Source: Eledone cirrhosa (lineage: Eukaryota). From it: a stretch of DNA of 64,000 nucleotides. The stretch is from positions 75,702,001 through 75,766,000 of the forward strand of contig OZ024744.1 of the NCBI GenBank assembly GCA_964016885.1, read 5' to 3'. The notes below the pieces were generated by a model. The model was given only the letters and a program-made list of their open reading frames with translations. It did no database searches and was not told the DNA's origin. This document shows positions 43,001 through 57,454 of the stretch, piece after piece; the stretch's first letter is position 1; every line of letters starts with the position of its first letter. The position numbers and the translations under genes are program-made.

Positions 43001-43203
43001 TTACTTATTGTTCCACAATGCTTCAAGCAAACTTCAATACTCATTTATTTATATATATATACATATATGTATATGTATGTATATATAGTCACACTCTTTC
43101 AGGGCATCGGTAGGGGTTCTCCTACATGGATATAAAGTAGTGGCCGTACTCGAAAACGAGTTGGCAGCCACCATATATATATATGTATGTATGCATACAC
43201 TCA

Positions 43204-43291
<88 letters not shown>

Positions 43292-43496
43292 TATATATAT
43301 ATGTATGTATACATATATATGTATATGTATGTATACATATATATGTATAAAAATATATAAATTTTGTTTAGTATATATTGGTACAATTTTTAGCATACAT
43401 GTCAGTAATACATGTGCGTGTGGGCTACTCTGTATGTTTGGGTGTGTGCATTTGTCTATTTGTCTATCTTTGTATTCATTTCATTGTCTCTCTCTC

Positions 43497-43600
<104 letters not shown>

Positions 43601-43714
43601 ATTAGTAAATTTGTATTCCAATGTTACTAAGTAGTTGCATTGGATGGAGTCAACCGACGTCAGAGATTGCTCAACGTATAATAAAGTGTGTTTTAAAATC
43701 CGGAGAAAATATGG

Positions 43715-44690
<976 letters not shown>

Positions 44691-44699
44691 CATATATAT

Positions 44700-45169
44700 A
44701 TATAAGTATGTATACGTACATACATATATGTATACAGACGTACAGTAGTAAGTATATACATAGATACATGCCCACACACACATATATATATATGTAAGTA
44801 TGTGTTTACCGAACATTTATTATAATGCTCGGTTTGTTTGTAAACAAACAGCCCGAATTAAGCCATACAGTGTTCGGCAACCATCGTTGCCCTTTTGTTC
44901 AACACTGACAAAGGTACGATGTACTAGTTTCTAGCTTATTAGCCGTTAATATGCATAAGGAAAGTATATACTTTCAAACGTTCAATCATCTGACAGGAAT
45001 GTATACGGTGTTGATGACAGCTAATAAGCTAGAAACTAGTTCATCGTTCCTTTATCAGTGTTGAACAAAATGGCAACGATGGTTGCCGAACACTACACGG
45101 CTAATAATTCGGGCTGTTTGTTTACAAACAAACCGAGCATTATAATAAATGTTTGGTAAACCCATACGT

Positions 45170-45204
<35 letters not shown>

Positions 45205-45326
45205 CATGTATGTATGTATATACATACTACTGTACGCCTGTATACATATGTGTATGTACGTATACATACTTATATTTAAGTATCAGCCGTACTAAGAGTG
45301 AGAAATGAAATTTCATTTTTTCCATT

Positions 45327-45330
<4 letters not shown>
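44700..45330. repeat. Older diverged inverted pair of the 424-bp-unit family
   Basis: Minus piece at about 44700-44945 and plus piece at about 44990-45330. The hammerhead at 45006-45046 has core TTGATGA. Confidence 0.75.
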
Positions 45331-45369
<39 letters not shown>

Positions 45370-45376
<7 letters not shown>

Positions 45377-46007
45377 TATGTACACGTACATACATATATG
45401 TATACCGACGTACAGTAGTATGTATATATATATATATACATACATGCACACATATATATATGCACGTATGGATTCACCGAACATTTATTATAATGCTCGG
45501 TGTGTTTGTAAACAAACATCCCGTATTAAGCCGTAGTGTCTAGCAACCACCGTTGCTCGTTTGTTCAACACTGACAAAGGAACGCTGTACTAGTTTCAAG
45601 CTTGTTAGCTATCATCAGCAACGTATACCTTCCTGCCAGATTGTTGAACGTATATACTTACCTTATGCATATTAACGGCTGAGTAGCCCAATATGCATAT
45701 CGAGTGGGTTAATCGGCCGGGTGCACCGAAAACGATAAACGGAAAAAATGAAACGATATTTCATTTCCCACTCTTAGTACGGCTGTTACTTAAATATAAG
45801 TATGTACACGTACATACATATATGTATACCGACGTACAGTAGTATGTATATATATATATATACATACATGCACACATATATATATGCACGTATGGATTCA
45901 CCGAACATTTATTATAATGCTCGGTGTGTTTGTAAACAAACATCCCGTATTAAGCCGTAGTGTCTAGCAACCACCGTTGCTCGTTTGTTCAACACTGACA
46001 AAGGAAC
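45370..46007 (-). repeat. Inverted 1.5 units of the 424-bp repeat, with a hammerhead at 45583-45623 (-)
   Basis: Reverse complement of array positions 46224-46861. Confidence 0.9.
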
Positions 46008-48186
46008 TTATATTTAAGTAACAGCCGTACTAAGAGTGGGAAATGAAATATCGTTTCATTTTTTCCGTTTATCGTTTTCGGTGCACCCGGCCGATTAACC
46101 CACTCGATATGCATATTGGGCTACTCAGCCGTTAATATGCATAAGGTAAGTATATACGTTCAACAATCTGGCAGGAAGGTATACGTTGCTGATGATAGCT
46201 AACAAGCTTGAAACTAGTACAGCGTTCCTTTGTCAGTGTTGAACAAACGAGCAACGGTGGTTGCTAGACACTACGGCTTAATACGGGATGTTTGTTTACA
46301 AACACACCGAGCATTATAATAAATGTTCGGTGAATCCATACGTGCATATATATATGTGTGCATGTATGTATATATATATATATACATACTACTGTACGTC
46401 GGTATACATATATGTATGTACGTGTACATACTTATATTTAAGTAACAGCCGTACTAAGAGTGGGAAATGAAATATCGTTTCATTTTTTCCGTTTATCGTT
46501 TTCGGTGCACCCGGCCGATTAACCCACTCGATATGCATATTGGGCTACTCAGCCGTTAATATGCATAAGGTAAGTATATACGTTCAACAATCTGGCAGGA
46601 AGGTATACGTTGCTGATGATAGCTAACAAGCTTGAAACTAGTACAGCGTTCCTTTGTCAGTGTTGAACAAACGAGCAACGGTGGTTGCTAGACACTACGG
46701 CTTAATACGGGATGTTTGTTTACAAACACACCGAGCATTATAATAAATGTTCGGTGAATCCATACGTGCATATATATATGTGTGCATGTATGTATATATA
46801 TATATATACATACTACTGTACGTCGGTATACATATATGTATGTACGTGTACATACTTATATTTAAGTAACAGCCGTACTAAGAGTGGGAAATGAAATATC
46901 GTTTCATTTTTTCCGTTTATCGTTTTCGGTGCACCCGGCCGATTAACCCACTCGATATGCATATTGGGCTACTCAGCCGTTAATATGCATAAGGTAAGTA
47001 TATACGTTCAACAATCTGGCAGGAAGGTATACGTTGCTGATGATAGCTAACAAGCTTGAAACTAGTACAGCGTTCCTTTGTCAGTGTTGAACAAACGAGC
47101 AACGGTGGTTGCTAGACACTACGGCTTAATACGGGATGTTTGTTTACAAACACACCGAGCATTATAATAAATGTTCGGTGAATCCATACGTGCATATATA
47201 TATGTGTGCATGTATGTATATATATATATATACATACTACTGTACGTCGGTATACATATATGTATGTACGTGTACATACTTATATTTAAGTAACAGCCGT
47301 ACTAAGAGTGGGAAATGAAATATCGTTTCATTTTTTCCGTTTATCGTTTTCGGTGCACCCGGCCGATTAACCCACTCGATATGCATATTGGGCTACTCAG
47401 CCGTTAATATGCATAAGGTAAGTATATACGTTCAACAATCTGGCAGGAAGGTATACGTTGCTGATGATAGCTAACAAGCTTGAAACTAGTACAGCGTTCC
47501 TTTGTCAGTGTTGAACAAACGAGCAACGGTGGTTGCTAGACACTACGGCTTAATACGGGATGTTTGTTTACAAACACACCGAGCATTATAATAAATGTTC
47601 GGTGAATCCATACGTGCATATATATATGTGTGCATGTATGTATATATATATATATACATACTACTGTACGTCGGTATACATATATGTATGTACGTGTACA
47701 TACTTATATTTAAGTAACAGCCGTACTAAGAGTGGGAAATGAAATATCGTTTCATTTTTTCCGTTTATCGTTTTCGGTGCACCCGGCCGATTAACCCACT
47801 CGATATGCATATTGGGCTACTCAGCCGTTAATATGCATAAGGTAAGTATATACGTTCAACAATCTGGCAGGAAGGTATACGTTGCTGATGATAGCTAACA
47901 AGCTTGAAACTAGTACAGCGTTCCTTTGTCAGTGTTGAACAAACGAGCAACGGTGGTTGCTAGACACTACGGCTTAATACGGGATGTTTGTTTACAAACA
48001 CACCGAGCATTATAATAAATGTTCGGTGAATCCATACGTGCATATATATATGTGTGCATGTATGTATATATATATATATACATACTACTGTACGTCGGTA
48101 TACATATATGTATGTACGTGTACATACTTATATTTAAGTAACAGCCGTACTAAGAGTGGGAAATGAAATATCGTTTCATTTTTTCC

Positions 48187-48192
<6 letters not shown>
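46006..48192 (+). repeat. 424-bp tandem array (~5.2 apparently identical units), retrozyme-like
   Basis: Identical 60-aa ORFs at 46288, 46712, 47136, 47560 and 47984 fix the period. One hammerhead per unit. Confidence 0.95.
46184..46224 (+). ncRNA. Minimal type I hammerhead (family F), repeated at 46608, 47032, 47456 and 47880
   Basis: CGTTG-CTGATGA-TAGCT(AACA)AGCTT-GAAA-CTAG-TA-CAGCG. Stem I extends via AAGG/CCTT. Helix III is the palindrome ACTAGT. Predicted cleavage after 46219. Confidence 0.85.
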
Positions 48193-48250
<58 letters not shown>

Positions 48251-49534
48251 CATTATACATATTTCAGGGATACCATATTAAAAATAAAGACGGAGAAAAA
48301 GAAGAAATGTATGTAAAGAAAAAACAGAGAGAAATAGAGAGAAATAGGGGAGTGAGAAAGAGGGAGGAGGTAAAAAAGAGAGGCAACCGAAGGCAACAGA
48401 TGAATAATAATAATTCATCATACAAATTGAGAGATTTAAGAGGGAGGGAGTACGGTAATTATTTAGTTATAGTGTTAAGCACAGTTAGAGAAGAGACAGA
48501 CTGAAAAGAATGAGGGAGAAAAAAATAATAATAATTATATAGGGGGAGGTGAAAATCAAGAGAGAAGTAAGAGAGAAACATGAGAGGCAAAGTCAAAACG
48601 ACAGATACATAAACTTCATCATATATAAAGAGAGAGGGGAAGAAAGAGCTATATCTAGAGAGAGGGATGATAGAGTTACATCTTTACGTCATGTCCTATC
48701 AATTTGAATTATCAATTCATATGAACTGGGTAATATAATGTAAATATCAATATTCATGAATGAGACATAGATATATAATGTGTGAAAACAATTTTGCTCA
48801 ATAATGACCATATGTTTAGTTTAAAACTCTGAGGTCAATGTACCAAAAACTGAGATAAATCTTCAAAAAAAAATGAGATAAATCTTCAAAAGAAATTACC
48901 CTATTTATAAAAATACGGAGATATATACATATATACACATGCATATGCACTTTCTGAAAAGAAAAAGAGAAAGAGAAAGTCATGCCAAGCTCTAGTTGAT
49001 AAAATAGACATACACATGACTTTACATGATCAACTCTTTAATTTCTTGTTTCACAAAAAAAAGTTTTCTTGTGTTATAAGAGATTTCACTATATATATAC
49101 ATAAAAAATAAACGATTAGTATTCATGCCCTCACACAAATGATCATCGTTCATGTATATAATATTATGCATATCTGTAACATATACAGAACTATACCTAC
49201 ACATATATATACATATATATGTATATATAAGACATCTGCGTGAGTGTTCTAGCATCGCTATGCACACATACAGGCACATGAACAGATAAAATATACTCTG
49301 TAATCATTCCATATGCATATTAATACATATGGCCTTTGCACAGAGACAACCAGATATCAATATATCAGCACAGAAACATCAAAACGTTAAAATATTTTCA
49401 ACACACCCTAGGGCATCTCAACTGTGATTAACACTAAATATTTATAAACACTTCACTACCAAGCCAGCCTCCTACCTTAATGGTCGCTATATTTATGGTA
49501 CGTCAAAATTATTTATAAAACTGGTTATATATTG

Positions 49535-49600
49535 TATTTTATCTGACGAAGGCATGCCATATTTTTAATATGGTATCCCTGAAATATGTATAATGAAATA
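49535..49600 (+). ncRNA. Type I hammerhead ribozyme (family J)
   Basis: TATTTTAT-CTGACGA-AGGCATGCCATAT(TTTTA)ATATGGTATCCCT-GAAA-TATGTA-TA-ATGAAATA. Confidence 0.75.
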
Positions 49601-49725
49601 AATATGGTTTTATAAATATGGTTTCCATTTGTTTAATATCGTATATCTACTCCAAAAATTTGTCGAGTGCTTTATATCAGTTATAAAATATTTACTTGTA
49701 ACCCAACAATTTTAAATAAAACTTT

Positions 49726-49770
<45 letters not shown>

Positions 49771-50199
49771 TATATATATTATATATTAGATATGATATAT
49801 ATATATATCAGAGTATTGATGTTTGTATGTATATACATATTCACATATATAATTCTGCGTGTAGGGGGGGGGGGGGGGGTTTGCATGTGTGTGTCTGCAT
49901 GTGTATGTGTGTTACTCGACGTGACTGTGAATATTTTAGCACATCCGGGCATCAAGCAAGCCTGTTCTTGAATGCTATATGTGATACTATCTTTTGGAAG
50001 CAGGCTAGGAGAAAAAATGGCTTCTTCTACAAAGAAATGTCGTCTACTGCAACGAAGATGTTGGTTTGTAACGCTGCAATATTTCCTATTCTTTTTAGTT
50101 TTATTACTATTATTGTTATTTGGTAGTTGTTCCTTTCATTGCTTTTGGAGATGTCGTTTACGATGGTGTCTGTGGTGGTGTTTGTGTTTTTCATTTGTT

Positions 50200-50768
50200 G
50201 GTGGTGATGGGGGGGGGGGGTAGTGGTGGTGATTATGGTGGTGGTTATGGTGGTGGTGGTGGTGATAGTAGTGGTGGTGGCTGTGGTGGTGGTGGTGGTG
50301 ATGGTAGTGGTGGTGGTGGTGGTGGTGGTGATGGTAGTGGTTTTGGTGATAGTGGTGATGGTAGTGGTGGTGGTGGTAGTGGTGGTGGTGGTGGTGGTGG
50401 TGATGATGGTGGTGGTGGTGATGGTAGTGGTGGTGGTGATGGTGGTGGTGATTATGTTGATGGTGGTGGTGGTGGTGATGGTAGTGGTTTCGGTGGTGGT
50501 GGTGGTGGTGGTGATGGGGGTGATGGTGGTGTCGATGGTGGTGGTGGTGATGGCGGTGTGGAGGTGGTGATGGAGGTGATGGTGGTAGTGGTGATGGCGG
50601 TGGTGGTGCTGATGGTGGTGATGGTGGTGGTGGTGGTGATGGTGGTGATGGTGGTGGAGGTGGTGATGGTGGTGATGGTGGTAGTGGTCATGGCGGTGGT
50701 GGTGCTGATGGTGGTGATGGTTGTGGTGGTGATGTTGGTAATGGTAGTGATGGTGATAACGGTGGTGG
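50200..50768. repeat. (GGT/GAT)n low-complexity tract
   Basis: Direct reading of the sequence. Confidence 0.95.
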
Positions 50769-53700
50769 AGACCTTTCTCGGAACGTCCCGTTCTTTAGTG
50801 TTAGTGGGCGACTGGAACGGCATCTTAGATGCACGCTGGGACTGTGTGGGATTAGTGGATAGGGGAGGAGGGTGCAAGAGCCTCGTCAACCTGCTCAGGC
50901 GTATTGAACTGTCTGACAGGTACCGATTGGATTTCCCGAATGTGCCAATGTGGACTTGGACAAAGCGCATAGGGCCATCCAGATCATATCTAGATAGAGT
51001 ATTTTGTAGGGAAATAGAGAGGTCTAGCATAGGCTGTCCACAATTCAAGATACACGGACCACAAATTCGTGATCTGTGTGCTTGACTTAGATAGGCTTCA
51101 TAGACGAGGACCCGGCTACTGGAAGCTAAACGCGTCCATACCAGCGCGCAAGGCCTACAGAGACCGGATTAGCGAACTAGTTAAGTGGGCGTTGATGGGG
51201 GCTATCGTCAACAACAAGTGGTGGTTTGCTCTGAAAAGAGCGATTAGAATTGAGTCCATTAGGTTTAGTAAGGCTTTAGCAATAGAGAAAAATAGAGCAG
51301 AGGGAGAACTAGTTAGAAAATTAGACGAGGCGCTTAGCAAAGGCATCGCGACCGACGTACTTGCGGCGAAATTGGCCCTTGACCAATTCTTCAATGCAAA
51401 GCACGAAGGTGGCGTTGTCAGAGCTAGGGTGCGTGCTCTCAGACACGAGGGGACGAAAGCCGTTCAATCGGCCCGAGTGGCTGAGGCGCGACGTGGCAAC
51501 AAAGCCACGATCCGGTCTTTGGTGGACCACGACGGGCGCATGCTACTCGATCCCGGGCAAATGTGTGATTCTTTTCAGCGACACTTCGCACAGCTGTTCG
51601 GGGGCAGCGGCGGGCCAGATCGAGGGATGGACTTTAGTGTCTACCTCGACGGACTGCCGCAGCTCTCGGCCACTGAGCCGGAGTGTTGCGAAAAGCCGAT
51701 AACAGCCGTTGAAGTACGGGAGGCAATGACTGGCTGCACAAGGGGTAAATCGCCTGGTTTGGATGGTTTGCCCTATGAACTGTACGTGAAGATGCCAGAC
51801 CTGTTCGGAGACCTCTTGGCGAAAGTCTACTGCAACTGGCAAAAGAACGTCACAATTTCCAGCTCTGTGAGCCCAGGAACTGTGGCGCTGCTGAGAAAGG
51901 ATCCAAAAAGGGGGATAACATAGATAATTTCAGGCCCATAACTCTTCTAAACACAGAGTTCACGATTTTGACCAAGGTGCAAGCAAAGAGGTTGGCGCTT
52001 GTCGTTGGTGGTGTGGTGAGAGAGGCGCAGACATGCACCATTCCCGACAGATCCATCCACGACACCCTCCACCTCATGCGATACATCGTAGAGAGGATAG
52101 CTAGGGAACCTGGCACGGGTGGGTCCTTGATCAATTTAGATCAGTCGAAAGCTTTCGATAGGGTCGACCATCGTTACATAGCGGCAGACCTGAGGGCGGC
52201 TGGTTTTAGGCCCGTCTTCAGAGGCTGGATCTCTGCCATGCACAGCGATATCTGCTCTGTGGTGAGAGTGAACGGTCACCTTTCGGAACCGTTCAACATC
52301 ATGCGCTCGGTACGCCAAGGATGACCCCTCTCGTCCCTCTTGTGCGTATTGACTCTCGAGCCATTACTGCACAAACTGGAGACGTTGAGGGGGTCCCGCA
52401 CGAACTAGGATGCGGAAGACCTGTGTCAGCATATGCGGACGATGTCACCGTAGTGGTGTCGAACGCCAAACACATCGAGGCGATCGGCAATACACTAAGA
52501 GAATACGAAGCGGTGACAGGAGCAATGATCAACCAGGAAAAGTCAGTGGGCCTCAGCTCGGCACCTGGAGAGGCAGGTCCATGCCGTCCAACAGCGACGT
52601 CGGGCGCTGGACGGATGGACCGGTTAAATTGCTAGGTTCGGTCCGGACCTCCAGACGTCAAAAACTGGGACGAGGTGACGAGCAGGGTGGCTTCTCTCAC
52701 CCAGAAATGGGCCGAGAGGAAGCTATCCCTTAAAGGTTGAGCGGAGGTCGCTAACGCATATATCGCGTCCGTCATCTACTACCGCCTGACCGCCGTACCT
52801 TGTCCTAAGCCCCGCTTGACTGCGCTGGAACATTTGCTCTTTCGCTTTTTGTGGAAAGGGACGCGCTCCGATGGTCAGGCGGTCCATCTGCTGTCAACAC
52901 CCGCTACGTTGAGGACTGGGCATGCCGTGGCTGATGATGCGCAGACACGCGCTCAGGCTACGACATCTCCATCTCTTCCTCTACGGTGATCAGGTGTGCT
53001 TGCCGTTTGCTAGACGCGACTTTCCCCAGCTCGTCTCCTTGACGGAGCTGCAGTCCTGGGTCAAGCGAAGACCGAGAGGGAGCGCTTGGAGACTGGAATG
53101 TCTTCAGGCGCTCGCAGCCCTCGACCAATCGGGCAATGTGATCGGTGGAAACTCCAACATGGCGTTCTATACAGGATTAGTGGAGGGGAAGAGCGACGAC
53201 GTACTTGGGGAAACTCTAGGCGTCGACGAAAATCAACTAGCCAATCTTTTCGGAAGAACTTTCGGGCCGGGGCCTATGGACAACTTCCAGAAATCCGTGG
53301 CCTGGCAGTGCTACCAAGGAGCTTTGCCAGTTCGGGATAAACTCTACAGGCATGGAGGTGCCGTCAGCCGGGCTTGTCTGAGATGCGCGCAGGGCGACGA
53401 AACCGTCCTGCACGCACTTGTCCAGTGTCCGAGCATTGCTTACTTGTGGGTTTATGTCGAACACCTGCTGTCGCCTGTAGGACGGATCCAGCTATCAGCT
53501 GAGTCCATCGTGATGATTGCCCCGCCCTCTTCCTTTAGCCAGGAAGGACAGGAAGTTGTTATCTGTCTGGTCGCCATGGCGAAAGAGATAGTATGGTGGA
53601 CACGTTTGAAAGGGCTGAAGACGAGCACTTACCTCTTCAGTGATGCCCTGAATAACTTTTTCAAATTTCATGTGAAAAGGAAAATCAGGGTAGAGAGGGA

Positions 53701-54045
53701 AGTGCTCTCTTCCCAGCATTTTGTTGAAAGATGGGTGAGAGAGGCAAGAATGGCCCGAGTGAATGGGCCTACTCTGAGTATGTGTCTGTAAATTAAATGT
53801 GGAAAACCTGGAGAGGGCACTTGCCCTGGTGGTCAGGGTCACTGTGGCTTTTTAATGGGCTTTCTCCACGAATGTCCTTCGGAAGTCTCCCCCCTATTGT
53901 GGAATGTTTTCATTGTTCTATTATTACATCCTCTGTTTTTTGGTTTTTTTACACTCAGAAATGCCCTTTTGTACCGTCCTGTATTGTCCTGTACTGTCCT
54001 TAATGTCTACTTTGTGTAAACCCTTGTGGTTAATAAAGAAAGCAT
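50767..54045 (+). mobile_element. Tx1/L1-like LINE, 5'-truncated and decayed
   Basis: EN end GDWN and SYLDRVF; WKLN; KSPGLDGLP; LDQSKAFDRVDH; SVRQG; YADD; CLRC..ETVLHALVQC. AATAAA near 54032, then (ATT)n. Confidence 0.9.
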
Positions 54046-54062
54046 TATTATTATTATTATAA

Positions 54063-54248
54063 GGGCAGTGGATTGGCAGTATTGGTAGAGGGTCAGACAC
54101 CATGCTTTCCAGCATAGTTACGTCCCTTTACGATCTGAGTTCAAATCCCGCCGAGGTTGACTTTGCCTTTCATCCTTATGGGGTCGATAAAAGAAAGTAC
54201 CAGTAATGCACTCGGATAATTGATGGCCTTGTGCCAAAAGTAGAAACA

Positions 54249-54280
<32 letters not shown>
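54063..54280 (+). mobile_element. tRNA-derived SINE, family 1, with (ATT)n tail
   Basis: Full consensus match. Confidence 0.85.
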
Positions 54281-54282
<2 letters not shown>

Positions 54283-56500
54283 CTTGAATCTCAGTCATTG
54301 ATGTTGGTTAACTGGAAAGTCCGTTGGATTGAATATCAAGCCACTACCTGCAGCCTCAGATATTCAGGACGTATCGGAGGGTTCTTGCCGTTCCAAGCAA
54401 GCATGCCTTTTGAAGCGTTCCAAAAAGCGTGAAGGGGCCGATTTTCTTTAACCATCCCTGGAAACCTTTGGAGATAGTCCCCAGTGCGCCTATGACAATC
54501 GGGATCACTTTGACTTCATGGCAGTTCCAAATCCTTTTCACCTCCCACTTTAGGTCCTGGTATCGGTTAATTTTCTCCCTCTCCTTCTCTTGCACTCTCG
54601 TGTCGAACGGGCAGGCCACATCCACAATCAGGCACGATCTTTTTTCTTTGTCCACAACCACCAGGTCAGGTCTATTGTGTTCCAGTTTTTTGTCCGTCTG
54701 TATCCTAAAATCCCACAGCACCTTCACCTGACTGTTCTCCATCACCGCCTCTGGCCTATGCTCATACCATTTCTCAGAATGTGGTAGATTGTTTACTTTG
54801 CACAGGTGCCAGTGGATCACCCTGCCCATCACATCGTGTCTCCAGCCCTTATAGTGGGTCTGGGCTAGGTGTTTACACTCGGACACAATGTGAGCCACAG
54901 TCTCCTCTCTCTCTCCACAGATCCTGCACAGTGGGCTAGCCTCCTCCTTGTAGATATGGTGCTTCAACCACTTCGTTTTGAGGGCCTGCTCCTGCGCAGC
55001 CATTAGCATTCCTTCTGTAGCCTTTTTGAGGTCTCCTCTTCTCAACTAGTTCCATGTCTGTGGATCTCTAAATTCAGTTTTCTCAAAGAAGGTACTATGA
55101 AGGGATTTTCCCTTAAGGCTGCTCTTCCTCCTTGATGTTATTTCCTCCTTGGGTATCCCCTGGCCTACTGTCCCCTCCTTCAGTACAGCTCTGAGCATTG
55201 GCTCCTTACTATAGGTCACGTATTTGTATAGGTTGTTTTTCTCCATCTGAACACAGTCCTCTATGCTGATAAGACCTCTTCCACCCTCAGATCTCCTTAG
55301 GTAGAGTCTATCGACATCACTCCTCTTGTGGAACATGTTGTAGATAGTCAATAGCTTCCTAGTCTTCCTATCCATTTCTTTTTGTTCAGCAACATTCCAT
55401 CTCAGAATTCCCGCACTGTACCTAATAATAGACACAGCTCGGGAATTTACTGCGCTTATGGCATTTCTGCTGTTCAGATGTGACTTCAATACGCTCCTTA
55501 CTCTCCGAATGTATTCAGTTCTTAACAATTCCTTCATTTTTTTGTTCTTTATGCCATCAGCCTCCAGAACGCCCAAATACTTGTATCCTTCCTCAGAGTC
55601 AATTTCCTTTATCATCTCACCTGTTGGTATCTGGATCCCGTTACTTCTGCTCAACCTACCCCTCCTCATCACAATGACTCCACATTTACCAATACCAAAC
55701 TGCATACATATATCACTGCTGAAAATACGGACAGTGTCAACAAGCACATCCAACTCCTTCTCACTTTTCCCGAAGAGCTTAAGATCGTCCATGAAGAGGA
55801 GGTGATTGATGGTAAGCTCTCCCCTTCCCAACTTGTATCCTGCTCTCACTTTTCGCAGCATAATGGTCAAGGGCATCAGGGCAAGGACAAACAACAGAGG
55901 GGACAGGCTATCTCCCTGGAAGATACCTCTCTTGATCTTCACGCTTCCCAAGGATACTCCAGTTGATGTCAACTCTGTCTCCCAGGACCCCATACTCCTG
56001 CCCAGCAACTGTCTGATGCTATCTGCCACCCTGAAGATCTCCAGGCTTTTGGTGATCCAGGAATGAGGCACCATGTCAAATGCCTTTCTGTAGTCTATCC
56101 ATCCCATGGCAAGATCAGTGTGTCTCCTCCTGCAATTCCCCATTACCATCTTATCAATAAGCAACTGGTCCTTTGTACCACGTGACTTCTTTCGGCATCC
56201 TTTCTGTTCGTCCGGCAACAAGTTGTTTGTGTGGAGGTGATGGTAGATTTCCTCAGACACAATGCTCGTCAACAGTTTCCACATTACGGGCAGACATGTG
56301 ATAGGTCTATAGTTGGTAACATCATTACCCTTGATTCGGTCTTTCATTATCAGAACTGTGGTACCTTTTGTCAACCACTCTGGCACCTCACCCGACACCA
56401 AGCAGTCATTGAACATGGCCGTCAGCTTCGGGTGGAGGGATGTTAAATGTTTAATCCAATACCCCTGCACACCATCTGGGCCTGGTGATTTCCAGTTGGT
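54281..56500 (-). mobile_element. R4/Dong-like non-LTR element (RT, CCHC knuckle, restriction-like endonuclease), 5'-truncated
   Basis: GIFQGDSLSPLLF, LFMDDLK, CRIC..ETVAHIVSEC, RHD, RPDLVVVD..IVDVACP. One in-frame stop at 55046-55048. (ATT)n on both sides. Confidence 0.9.
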
Positions 56501-56502
56501 TA

Positions 56503-56568
<66 letters not shown>

Positions 56569-56569
56569 G

Positions 56570-57440
56570 AATGGCAGAATCGGTAGAGCGGCGGACAATG
56601 TTCTTTACAGTATTTAGTTGCGGCCCTTTACTTTCTGAGTTCAAATTCCGTCGAGGTTACTTTTGCTTTTCATCCATACGAGAGAGATCGATAGAAAAAC
56701 GTACCAGTAACAGACTGAGATCGATTTAATTCCCTTCAAATTGCTGGCCTTATACAAAAAGCAGAAACAAATACTATTTTAACTTTGCCTTTCATCCTAA
56801 CAGTGTCGATGAAATAAAGTCAATTTAATGGACTTTCCCCATTCCCTAAATTGTTGGCCTTGTGCCTAAATCAGAAACCCTTACTATTGTTATTAATATT
56901 GTTTCTACTTTAGGCACAAGGCCAGCAATTACCCAGTGCATTACTGGTACTTTATTTTATCGACCCCGTAAGGATGAAAGGCAAAGTCAAATGCTTTCCA
57001 GCATAGTTACGTCCCTTTACGATCTGAGTTCAAATCCCGCCGAGGTTGACTTTGCCTTTCATCCTTACGGGGTCGATAAAATAAAGTACCAGTAATGCCT
57101 TGTGCCTAAAGTAGAAACAATTAATATTATTAGATAAAATAAAGTACCAGTAATGCACTGCGTAATTGCTGGCCTTGTGCCAAAATGTAGAAACAATTAT
57201 TAATATTATTATTATTGTTGTCAGGGCGGTGGATTAGCAATATCGGTAGAGTCAGACGCCATACTTTGCAGCATAGAGTTATGGTCCTTTACAGTATGAG
57301 TTCAAATCCCGTCAAGGTTAACTTTGCCTTTCACCCTTACGGGGTCGATAATATAAAGTACCAGTAACGTACTGGTGTCGATTTAATCTACCTTCCCCTC
57401 CCTCTCCCCCCAAATTACTGGCCTTGTGCCTATACTAGAA
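56570..57440. mobile_element. Cluster of SINE family 1 copies and fragments in both orientations
   Basis: At least 6 pieces matching the consensus. Confidence 0.8.
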
Positions 57441-57454
57441 ATCAATACTCTTCT

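Noticed and set aside
46288-48166. Repeated 60-aa [12 protein letters not shown]..., and a CRISPR-like reading of the array
   Set aside because: The ORF is partly microsatellite-derived with no domain. The units are identical with no unique spacers, and the context is eukaryotic.
50120-51085. 321-aa Gly/Val-rich ORF fused to an endonuclease fragment
   Set aside because: Chance read-through from (GGT)n into a 5'-truncated LINE.
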